This document shows, one piece after another, positions 1 to 13,000 of a stretch of 64,000 nt of DNA. Both the position numbers and the translations under genes were made by a program. Each line of letters begins with the position of its first letter. Position 1 is the first letter of the stretch. Under the pieces are notes generated by a model. The model searched no databases. It was not told where the DNA came from and saw only the letters and a program-made list of their open reading frames with translations. Source of the DNA: Maribacter sp. (GTDB taxonomy: Bacteria > Bacteroidota > Bacteroidia > Flavobacteriales > Flavobacteriaceae); NCBI GenBank assembly GCA_029287355.1, contig JARFRH010000054.1, forward strand, positions 10,533-74,532, given 5' to 3'.

Positions 1-1072
1 TTCCGCGAAGAATTGCTTCAAAAGCTGGGACCAACTTTTACCAAAGAAATTCGTAGCCATTCACGAAAATCCGTTGCCGGCTAGAAGGTTAACCCGAAAC
101 TGAATATTGCCAATTGTACCAGGTAAATTCTAATGCATTAAACACAAAGCGCATATGCCCTCAAGCAACATCCAAAAGAACGGAAACCAATGATCGAAAA
201 AATGAACACTTGGCAATAAATCAAAACAGCAAGTCAATTTATGGTATTCCTTTCCTAGATTATTTACAAATCCAACTTGGTTAAATTTTTAGGATCAGCT
301 CTTCTATGAAGAAGAAATCATATCCCTGATAAAATCTATCACACAATCCTTCGGTAAAGAGTAAACTAGATTCCGTTAAAAATTACATGGATAAAAACCT
401 GTTTGTTTCCTATCAAATATCTTTTGCCTTTTTTAACCGATTCGTATTTCAGTTCATGCGAAAATTTTAAGTTCCTATTGCCGATTGCACTCTTCAAACC
501 TATTTTATAGAACATCCTTAATTCAAAACGGTAGCATTCAAATAGAAAATGGCAGCTGTTTTAAAGACCTGTAGCAAACTAATTGCGCGCGAAAAGATGT
601 TATTCCATCATTAAATGAGCTTCTTCATATCCTTATTTTTTTTCGTTTTGGATTTAATTCCAGTAGTGCCTCTTAGGTTATTCAATGCTCTTATTTAAAC
701 CGTTCAAAGGCGTCTATTGCATCGGATTCTAGCTTGTTTTTCCTTGCCAAAACGAATTCCAATGCGCGGTTAGTCATTACGTCAGAAACGCATTACTTCG
801 TTTAAAACCGCCTGATTTAGCCCTTCTGTCCGTGTTTCACATGATGAAGCTATTTCGGCCGAATCGGGTCATTAAACACTCATAAATTAGGCTTTCACAA
901 CAAGAAATGACCATGATACAACAATAAATTCTGCCCCTCATTATTAAGCTTAATATTTGTTAGTAATACCGATTTTACTTGGGCTTCAAGTATGGCGCGA
1001 GAAAATCTATTAAAGAACTTGCCAATTGGCTTCATGCCGTTTGGTTAGTACACCCAAATCTAATTTGACCCA

Positions 1073-4000
1073 ATGCTACCAAACCTGACCAAAAAATTAG
1101 TCGTTGTTTTAGTGTTCCTGATCGCTTTTGTCGGGTTCTCACAAGAGTACAACAACTTTGAGGTTCGCTATCAAAACAACATCAAAGGCGATTTGACCTT
1201 TATTTCGAATCAAATCGTTAATCGTGATGGAGGTACTGCTACTACAGAGCCTGAGGACGCCTATAACAACCTTAATAATACCAATGGCTATTGGCCCTCT
1301 AGCAACAGAAATGTAGAAACAGGGGGGTATTATAATTACAACGATTATAAAGATATGCGGTACATCGATGTTGATGGTGACCCTTCCACTTTCAATTCGA
1401 GTACGACAACCTTCAATTTTCCGAATACAGATTGTAATCTTATACGATATGCCGGACTCTATTGGTCCGCTACCTATCCAAGGGACAATACTACCGACCC
1501 CATAGGAACGCCTAGACAATATGCGATTGATCAGGTAAAGTTAAAAGTACCCGGTGGAGCGTATGTCAACATTACAGCCGATGAGGTACTCTATGATGGA
1601 CTTTTTGACCCTGCTCTAATGGCGAATGCCCCGTATGCTGCCTATGCTGACGTGACCGCTCAAATTTCGGCCCTCGCAGATCCAACCGGAGATTATACCG
1701 TCGCCGACATCCCTGTCGCCCAAGGTGTAGGATATGACCTTGCAACGGGTACGAGCCATATGACTGGAGGCTCCGCCGGTGGTTGGACGCTGGTAATCGT
1801 TTACGAAAACCCGACATTGACAGGCAAACTCATCACTACTTTCGACGGTTTTGCCAGAGTGACCGGAACGGATCAGATTGATATCAACTATAATGGTTTT
1901 ACAACCATTCCCGTTGGTCCGGTAAACGCCGATATTGGTGCCGCAGCATTGGAAGGTGACTTTAGAATTACCGGTGATTTCATGAGTATCGAGGCTGCGA
2001 GCAATTCGGGCTTTACAACCATGAGCAACACCGTCAATCCGGCAAACAACTTTTTCAATAGTAATATCACGCTTGATGGGGCCTTGCTTCCGGGAAGAAC
2101 CCCCAGCAGTGCAAACACCCTTGGGTGGGACACGGATATTTTTCAACTCAACAATCCAATTAACGGTGTCATCCCCAATAATGAAACTGCTGCTACTTTT
2201 CGATTTGGAACTAGTGGAGATCAGTATTATCCTTTTTTCAATTCTTTCAATATCGAAATTATCGAGCCAGACATCGTTCTGGAGAAAAAAGTAGAGGATA
2301 TCGGGGGAAATGATATTACCGGGCAAGGTGTCAATCTTGGACAAGTCTTGGATTATGTGCTGTATTTTACAAATTATGGTAATGATGATGCGACCAACTA
2401 CACCATAAGGGATGTTTTACCGATAAATGTAACACTTGATGAGGCCAATATCACCATGCCGCCAGGAACGACCTACGTCTATACCCCTGCAACAAGAACT
2501 GTTGAATTTACCATTCCCGACGATATCATTCAAGCAGGCGATCCCACGGCTAATATTCGTTTGCGGGTTCAGGTTGCGGAAAATTGTTTTGACTTCATTG
2601 ATGCCTGTACCGATTTGATTCAAAATGTGGCATATTCTACCTACGAAGGGGGAATCAACGACAATCAGATTACCGATGATCCCAGTGTCACGGCATTTAA
2701 TAATTGTCAGCCACCAACCCCAGGGGCTACCAACTTTTTATTGGATGACCTATCTGACTGTAATTTTACGCGCTCAGTTGAGCTTTGTGGAAGTAGCGCA
2801 TTACTGGATGCCGGTGATAATTTCGACAGCTACATTTGGGTAAGGGATGATAATAATAACAATGAAATTGATCCATCAGACCCCGTAATTACCGATGGTG
2901 ACCCAGACAATGATCCCAGCACGATGACCGTAACTACCGTTGGTACTTATATCGTTGATAAAATCGTTGCCGATCCGTGTAAAGGTTTCAAGGAAATCAT
3001 AAATGTGGAGGCCTATGGTTCGGGTACGATTCCCAACCCTATTATAGAATATTATACTACCGTAAATGGTGATGCCGACCCCTCAAATGATATTGCGGGG
3101 GAAATTGTTACTTGTTCCATTGATGGCGATCTTTTACCCAAAATATTTCTTTGTGGAATTAATGATTCTGCTCCGCTCTTAGTAAACATACTTGACGCAC
3201 AAAGCATTTCCTGGGAAGTGTTGGACGAAAGCAGTTGTGCTCCGGAAGGTGATGATTGTGCGAACAAAAACCTTACCTGTACATGGAATGAAGTGAGCAC
3301 CGGTTCATCATACGAGGTAACAAATGCGGGTAAATATCGTTTATCGGTCACCTATCAAAATGGCTGTACTTCTCGTTTTTACTTCAATGTTTTTCAGAAC
3401 ACACTCGACATTCAATACAACAAAAGGGATATTGTTTGTACTACCAATGGAAATATTACCATAACCAATCTGGGCGCCAATTACGGTTTCCAATTGGTGG
3501 ATGAAGCTACTAACGCTATTTTGATTCCATTTAGCGCCAACAACGGTCCCAGTTTCGATTTCGGACCAGGAGAAAATGGCGGTTATTTTGTTGAGGTTAC
3601 ACAGTTGGATGGCACAGGAAACCCGATAGTTGGAGCTTGTGTTTTTAGTACTCCCGAAATCGGAGTCCTGGACAGGAATGTGACCTATAATGTTAATGTC
3701 ACAGATGTTACCTGTACGGCAATGGGACAGGTAAATATTCAAGTGCTCAACGCTGAACCAAATTATGAATACGAGATTCGATTGGATGATGGTTCAAACG
3801 GTGGATTGGGAACTCTTGTAGACAGTGAAACTGCCCAGCCTGACAATAATTTCACATTCACAGACCTAAATCCAGGAAACTACATTGCTGTGGCCAGAAC
3901 GGCGGATGGATGTTCTTATAGTGAGCAAATAACAATAATTGACGACAACGATCTGGAACTTGAAGCGCGCGTATCACAACATGTTACTTGTAAGGAAGGA

Positions 4001-7000
4001 AATATTCTAATGGATTCAAACGGAGGTCAAACGCCTCATACTTATGCCATTTGGTCTTTTGTTGATGTCAATGGAATTGTTGTAACATCGTATCCCGATG
4101 TAAGCGCAATAGCCCCTTCTGAATATCAGACCAGTGTGATTTTCGACATCCTAGAACCTGGGGAATACACTTTTGTAGTAGTAGATCGAAATAATTGCTA
4201 TGCCTTTTCCGATACCGTTGAAATAGAATTCCGGCCTCCAGCAGAATTCGGCCAAGCTAGCTATACGCATCAAGCTTGTTTTGGAGATGCCAGTGGCGCC
4301 ATTCAGATGAACCTTATCGATAATGGAGGGTATCAGCTGACGTATTATCTTTTCGATTTTTCGATATCCGCTGAAGATGCGCTAGCTGAAAATTTTGATA
4401 TTAACCTAGCCCTCGCCTCCAACGCCTCAGGATATTTTCCTGGTCTTATGACTGGTGATTACACCATAATTGTCAATATGCGTAAAGGGAGTGCGTCCTG
4501 TAATTTTCCTCATTACCATACCATTACCGGCCCTGCGAATGCTCTTGCGGCCGAAGCAGTCTTGATTGATGATTATACTTGCGTGCAAGATGGCATTATC
4601 GAGGCCCAAAATGTAGTGGGCGGAACTGCACCCTATTCCTATAGTATTGATGGGATTAATTTTTTCTCCGGACCAGGTGCTGAAAGATTTAGCGGCCTCA
4701 CCGATGGCAATTATACCATTACCGTTAGAGACGATTTAGATTGTACCATTACAACGAATACAATTACAATAAATCCAAGAAACGAGCCTAGCGATTTGAC
4801 CTTCGTTTCAACCCAAGCCCTATGTCCGGCATTAACCTCGGATGTTACGGTAACCGTAGTTGATGGGAATGCGCCATTTACCTATGAAATTATTGCGCCC
4901 CTTGCCAACGCAACAAATAATGTGAATGACCCGCTTTTTGTTGGATTAACACCGGGCACTTATACTTTTCAGGTTACTGATGATAAGGGTTGTGTAATTC
5001 AGGAAAGTTATACTATTGCCTCCGTTGTGCCGATAACAGTAACCGGCCAACTAGATCGTAATATAAGCTGTTTGGGTCTGTCGGACGGGGCGGCCAATTT
5101 CAACGTAGGCAACTTCAACACGACCTACGATTATTCCATAACCGGACCCGCAACTTTTTCGGGCACAGCAGTGTTCCTCAATACCATTCCATTGACCGGC
5201 TTGGCAGCAGGAACATATAGTATCACTGTCACGGACAATGACACCAATTGTATCGCGACAACGGACGTTACAATTGCAGCACCACCCGCCGCTTTGGTTA
5301 TCGCTAATCTTGACGTGACCGACATGAGCTGTTCAACTATTGGCACAAACCCTGGTTCGGTGGTAATTTCGGCTACTGACGGATGGGGTGTATACGAATA
5401 TGAATTGGAAGATCCGACTGGGGGAACTGTAGGGCCTCAACCTACCAATTCCTTTACCGGTCTCACCGACACCTCTGGAAATTATACGGTAACCGTACGA
5501 GATGCAGGTGGTTGCGAAGTCACACAGACCTTTATGCTTAGTCCTGCTATAGCTCCAGTATTGGCGGTAACCGCCAATAGCTTGTGCTATGACGGCACAA
5601 CAGGACTCACCATAACGGCAAATGTGACCTCTGGGGGTGAAGCCCCTTTCCAATATAGATTAGCGCCTAGTGGTGCCTACCAAAGTAATCCAGTGTTTTC
5701 CGGACTTGGCCCAGGTGCTTATACCATTGAGGTAATAGACAGCAAGAACTGTACGGCAACTGCCAGTATCGATGTCTTCCCGACTTTGACCGCATCGGCC
5801 AATCTGGTCAAGGACCTTGATTGTAGCGCAACACCCGACGCAGAAATCAGTATCAATATTACAGGCGGGAATCCGACATTCAACTACGAGGTTATTAGAG
5901 ATGGAGCTTCGGTTCAAGCGAATACACCTGTACCCGGCATTCCGTTTTCATATTTTACGACTACGGCCGGCTCCTATGAATTCATTATTACCGATATCGA
6001 AAGCTGTACGGTGACCACTAATCAAGTGCTAGTAACGGCCAATGATCCGCCTACGGCAGTGGAGGTCTTAACTGACCCCTTGTGTGCCACAAGCGCAGAT
6101 GGCATTGCAGAACTACAGATTTCAGGAGGTACGCCACCCTATCAAATCGTTTTTGACGGAAGTGCGCCTTCAACTCAGACAGCCTATCCTGGCCTAGTTG
6201 CAGGAACCTATAATTATTCTGTAACTGATTCAAAAGGCTGTATTCTCAATGACGATGTAACTTTGTCCGCTCCGGCAGTATTGTTACCTGGAACTATTGA
6301 TTTAGTGACAGCGTATCGTTGCGACAACACTTCGGCAACATTGCAGGCAATAAACTATTCTGGTGGAACGCCAGGATATACCTTCAGTATTGACGGGGTT
6401 ACCTTCCAAGCTTCCGATACTTTTAGCACAGGCATAACTGCAGGTTCTTATACCATTACGGTTAGAGACACCAATGGATGTACAGAATCAACACCGGCGG
6501 TTGTCATCGATCCACTTGATCCTCCCACTGATTTAACTTTTACACAATCAGCACCCACGTGTCCGGCAATTGTTTCGGATGTAACAGTAACCGTCATCGA
6601 TGGAACTGCTCCCTATGTTTATGAAATTACAGCACCGGCTGCAAGCATTGACAATAATGGCAACAACAACGTATTTACAGGTTTGAACCCTGGTACGTAT
6701 ACGTTCCAAATTACAGATGGTAAGGGCTGCATTATTCAGGAAAACTATACGGTTACAGATATTCCAAGAGTGGATGTTATTTCGCAATTGACCAATAATG
6801 TTAGTTGTTTTGGTCTTTCTGATGGCGAATTCTCATTTACCACTAGTGATTTTGCAAGCACCTACAGCTATACGGTTGAAAATAGCGCTGCTACAGTTGT
6901 ACAATCTCAGCCCAATATTAATTTGCCCACTGCCATAGCCGTAGCCGGTCTTATTGCAGATACATACACAGTTACGATTACCGATGATACCACGAATTGT

Positions 7001-10000
7001 ACCGCGACAACATCGATGGTTATTAGCAACCCTCCCGCCGCATTGGATTTTACATTTACCAATACCCCCGTAACCTGTATTGAGAATGCTTCAATAATAG
7101 TTACGGCAACCGATGGTTGGGGCGGTTATGAATACCAATTAGAAAATACGGTTGGCCCTGCCATTGTATACGCTTATCAAGCAAATAACACTTTTGTAAA
7201 TGTTCCTGCTGGAAGCTACACCATTTATGTGCGAGACGCTGGAGGTTGTGTTGTTAGCAAACCAATAGTGCTCGACCCAGCAGTAACCCCCACTATTGCA
7301 GTAGACGCTGTTTCAGACTACTGTTTTGATAATACAAATCAGGCATCACTGGTTATTGATATATCCGATGGGGTAGCCCCATTCACATACAGTATTAATG
7401 GAGTTGATCAAGGTGCTGCCGTGGGCAATCCCTTTACGATCGCCAATTTGATTCCTGGCAACTATACTATTCAAGTAACCGATGGGTATGGTTGTGTTTC
7501 GAATATTTTAAACGAAACCATTGCGCCGCAATTAAGTGCATCGGCCATCGTCACTAAAGCCTTGGATTGTACCGTTTCGCCCGATGCCATAATCGATGTT
7601 TCCATTAGTAATGGTTATACTCCCTATGTCACCTATGAGGTAAGTTCTGACGGTGGTACATCTTGGTCAGCTACAACTGCTATTGTTGGAGCTAATTTTA
7701 CATACTCAACTCCTTCAGCTGGCACCTACGACTTTAGAATAACCGATAACCAGGGATGTGCCGTTATTACACAGGCAATTATTGGCCCTATAGTTAATCC
7801 AGAAATAACCTCCCTAGTGCAGACCGCCGACATTTTATGTAATGGCGATGCCGGTGCTTCCATACAGGTTAATTTGGATACGATACAAGGTGTTGCGCCA
7901 TTTACTATTTCGGTATTGAACACTACGACTTCCACAAATTATGGAACCCAGACTTCTGGTCTTCCGGCAGGCACTTATGAAGTTACTGTTACTGACGCCA
8001 AATCATGTTCCGATATGGAAATTATCGTTATCGATGAGCCTGATGCCATAACCTACGATATCAGCTTGGTTCCGATCACCTGTAATCCAGCTACCGGAAC
8101 GGACCCAGGTTCCATATCGGTAGAGAACTTACTCGGAGGAACCGCCGAATATGAGTATCATCTAACTGGAAATAATGGCTATAGCGCATCTTATGCCACT
8201 ATTTCTGGTGGTGAAAATCACACTTTTGCCATACTCGAGTTTGGTATTTATGAGGTTGATGTAATCGACGCTAATGGGTGCTCTGTTGTTACAACCAACA
8301 TCATCGCTTCGCCGCCTGATGATCTCGATATTGATGTATCTGCAATTACGGCGGATTGCGTTTCTGGTGGTACTGCAATAGTTACAGTAAGTACGGCCAT
8401 TCTTGGAACGAATTATGAATTCGGTATTTTGGACAGCTTTGGTGTGCCATATGCCTCTACATATTTCGCGCCTGATACCGCTGGTGGTCCGACTAGGACC
8501 TTTACGGGGCTTACACCTGGCATTACCTATACGTTCGTCGTTCACGATATGACGACGAACTGTTATTATTTTGAAACAGCCGCTGCGCCAATCGATTCAC
8601 CTTCGAATCTAACTTCGACCCTTGATGCCGTTAACAACATTACCTGTACCGGTAGTGCTGATGGTAGTGTAAGCTTTTCTTTTGACAATTATGCTGCGGA
8701 TGCTACCAGCGTCACTTATGAGATATTCAATTCGCAATCTAATGCCTCCACTGGAATTACAGGTACTGAATCGGTAAACGCCCCTCCGGTAGGAACAGGT
8801 GTTACGGTAACCAATGTAGGGCCCTTGCCCTACGGTGTGTATTATATTCTTTTTAGTGAGGATGATGGTACCTATTCGGGTTGTTCTGTAGCCTCTGCTC
8901 AATTTACAATAACCGAATCGATAAACGAGTTAGCGGTCACCGCAACATTGGAAAAAAATGACAATTGTAATGTAAATGCCGGCCAGGTATCAGCTATCGC
9001 TCAATTCGGAACAAGACCCTATGAGTATCAAATTGCCTTAAGTACAGACCCCGCACCTACAGCATTGGCCTGGGCCGGAAGTACTGCCAATTTTTTCAAT
9101 GTTGAAGGTGGTGATTATATCGTTTATGCCATGGACGCCCATGGTTGTATCAGATTCGACGCAGTTACCGTACCTACTGACATAGAACCAGAAATCAGCC
9201 TAGTCCTTAACGACCAATGTACCGCCGATGAAGGTGGCTTTAGCGTTGATATCATCTTAGACGTTCCGGGAATTGTTCCGCACGCAATAAGCATAGATGG
9301 TTCTGCGCCCCAAGCTGCTCCTGGGCTTGTTAATGCTGGAGATAGGATAACTATTAGCAACCTCTCTTCTGGTCCACATACTTTTGCGGTAGTTGACCTT
9401 AACGGTTGTGCCGATACTGACCCTATAACTATTTATCCTCCTTTAAATATTAGCGCGAATATTAGCGCGGTCGAAAATTGTGACCCAGCAAATTCCGGCG
9501 AAGTTACAGTTACTGTGAACGGAGGTTCAGGAAATTACTCATATACACAAATTACTCCTGCCGGACCTACAAACCCCACGGGTGTTTTCACCGGATTGAC
9601 ACACTCTGTTAGTTATACGTTCGAAGTTTTGGACACCACTACTAACTGTACATTGCCAATTGACATTACGTTGCCGGCACCAGCCATTCCAACATTTACA
9701 TTGGATGCGACGGATGTGAGTTGTTTTAGTGGTGCAGACGGAACAATAACCGTGACCCTGGACCCGGGGAATATAGATATCCCCTATGAATATAGTTTAG
9801 ATGGTGGTACCACCACGCAGACATCTAATGTCTTTCTTGGTCAAACTCAGGGAACCTATACCATAACCGTTATTTCAGATAAGGGCTGTGCGGATACAAG
9901 GTCTATTGATATTAATGAGCCTTCGGCACTTGATGTAAGCGCCTCAGCGTCTGCTTTTAGCTGTGATGATGCCGCAAGCACAATCACCGTAACTATAAAC

Positions 10001-13000
10001 AATGACGGCACCGGAAATCCTTCAGGAACTGGGCCTTATGTATATAGCTTTGACAATGGTATCAATTTTCAACCTGGCAACACCTCTCAAGTTCCATTTG
10101 GTTCGCCTGATGTGAATGTGGTCGTTAGGGATGCCAACGGATGTGCGGATACTGAAATTGTTCCGATCCCGGTAATGCAAGAAGTCACTGCGGTTGTAAA
10201 TCAACTGCAACCGATTGATTGTAGCAACCTTCAGGAAATTGTCGAAATCGTAGCTTCGAACGGCTCCGGAACATACTCTTATACTGAATTGCCTAGTGGT
10301 AATATAGTGGCTGACCCTACCAACATTATATTAACCCAGCCTGGTACTTATGTTTTTGAAATTCTGGATACCGTTACCAATTGTTCTGTAACGGTTGAAC
10401 ATATCATTGCTCCTTACGACTTGATCGAAGTAGTTGCAGCCGTTACTACAGATGCTACTTGTAGTGATAGTGCAGATGGGGTTATACAGGTTACCATTAC
10501 AGGATATTCCGGTACTTTCGATTATCAAGTTTTGGACAATACCGGAACACCGATTGCCGGAACATTGAATTCCGACAATGCAATCGCCGATCCACATACC
10601 TTTAATCTGGCGAGCACGCTACCAGCGGGAATATATTCTATTCAGATTACAGAAACTACTTTTCCAGAATGTCAAGATGTTTCGAATCAGGTAACCATTG
10701 ATGCGCCAGAACCACTTGCACTTCAATTGGTAGATAATGTGAACGCAAACTGTAATGAGGCTAATGCCATAGTTACCGTACAGGCATCTGGCGGTACCGC
10801 GCCTTATTCATACGGGGCTTCAATTGGAGGTGCCGGGATTCCTGCAACATTCCTGTTTGACAGTACCATAGAATTAGATCCGACGACAAGTCTGAACTGG
10901 GATATATATGTTCAAGATGCCAATAACTGTGTAATTGCAGGTCCTTTGGCGGTTCTAATTGATACCGACACCATTCCGGACATTAGCCTAGTGCTAGACG
11001 ATGAATGCGTTGCCGAGGGAAGTTTCGAAATAACGGTTTCTCTTGATGCGATTAACCTTGGTGTTGCTCCATACACCATGAGCATAGACGGACTTGGTTT
11101 TCAAAATATTCCAAGCTTCCCATATACTTATACAAATCTAAGTGCTGGCCTTCACAGTGTTGAAATTCGAGATGCGAACGGATGTGGGGAAATAGAAAAT
11201 ATCACTGTAGATCCTGAATTACGTGTTACAGCTCAAATCATAAGTCAACCAACTTGTAATACTGATGACGGTGTTATAGCGTTTACCGTTATAGGAGGTG
11301 ACGCAAGTAATGCCGTAACGCTATTGAATGCTGCCACAATGGTAGACACCGGCTTGACTCCAGTTGGAAATCAATTTAGCGGACTTGCCTTTGGAGATTA
11401 TATCGTACGTGTAACCGATACGCCTTTAACCGCTATATCTTGTACTGCCGATGCCCCTGTATCATTGGAAGAGCCTACTCCTGTTACGCTTTTGGCAACC
11501 GATCCGACTGATATTAGCTGTGAAGGTGCTTCAGATGGTACAATTACAATTAATTTAGAGCCCTCAAGCGCTGGCGTAAACGACAACCCGCCTTATACCT
11601 TTGAGATAAACGACGGCTCCACGACCACCACACAAAACACGAACTTATTTACGGGACTGCCTGCTGGCACTTATGATATTACAGTTACTTCTAACAGAAA
11701 CTGTATAGCTATTGATCAGGTAACAATCAGCGAACCAACAGCATTGGTCGCCAACATTACTAATCTGACTCCTTTTGCTTGTGATGCGGATAACGCCCAA
11801 CAATCAGCGACTATCGAAGTGACTATAACAGCCGGAACAGGTACGCCTGATTATTCTTATAGTGTTAATGGCGGAGCTTTCTTGCCAACTGGTGGAACCG
11901 TGTTTACATATACCGTGAGCACTGCAGGTAATTACGACATTATTATTCGCGATGCAAATGGTTGTCCATTTACGTTGCCCACAGTGACTATTGCCCCTTT
12001 GAATACTTTTACGGCCGACGTGACTCAAGACCTTGCGATAACCTGTGACCCTGCCCAACCAGAGCAAGTCCTTATTACTGTGACCGAAACAGCAGCTTCT
12101 GGGGATATCTATAGTTTTGATTTATTGCCTATTGGTAACCCCAACGGCGTAATGACTTCCAGTACAAATACCACGGCCAATTTTGATCTTACCGCTGTGG
12201 GTAGGTATACTTTTAGGGTAACCAACACAACTACCGGATGTTACATTGATACGGCGCCCTATGAGATTGCTCCATACGATTTAATCGAAGTAATTGCAAC
12301 GGCTACCACACCACTTACTTGTTTCAATGACGGTACCGGCGCAATGGAAATTAACATAACCGGTTATGCGGGAACGTACGACTACCAAATTTTTGATAGC
12401 GCAAACAATCCTATTGGAGGGCTGGTTAGCACCGACACAAGCATCAACCCAAGACCTATTACTGGCTTAAACGGAGGCAATTATTACATACGGGTAATCG
12501 AAACAGACCCTACAAGTACCATGTGTGATGACGATTCAAATGTGGTAACGATACAATCTCCAGACATGCCGTTAGCGGAACTAACAACACCGCTAACCAA
12601 CGTCACCTGTGCTGACGGACAAGGAGAGGCTTCTGTTGTACCAAGTGGAGGATATGCTCCCTATGATATCATCTTGACGAATACTACTACGGGCCAAGTA
12701 TCCCCAACTGCTACTGATGTACAAGCAATGGTTTTTACGGGTCTTTCGGCTGGCGATTATAGTGTGGAGGTAACGGATAGCAATGGATGTGTTATTACTA
12801 ATAGCTATCCTAACCTTTTTGTTCTCCCCACGTACATCATTGCAAATGCAATACCACTTGTTACTAATTTAGCATGTTTTGGTGATACTACCGGCACTGT
12901 TACGGGTATTGTAACTAGTGGAGGAAGCGGTTCATACGAATATCAACTAAATTATTACGATGACGCAGGTGCCACTATCGAGGCCACCACCGGTGAACAG

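Noticed and set aside
1-84. Frame-1 open reading from the window edge (FREELLQKLGPTFTKEIRSHSRKSVAG*) as the 3' end of an upstream gene.
   Set aside because: Only 27 codons are visible with no recognisable motif. It cannot be distinguished from chance.
1322-1327. G6 homopolymer (GGGGGG, encoding GG in ETGGYY) near the 5' end of the adhesin gene as a slipped-strand phase-variation switch.
   Set aside because: The tract is short for efficient slippage, the frame is intact, and there is no supporting evidence. It would need population sequencing.
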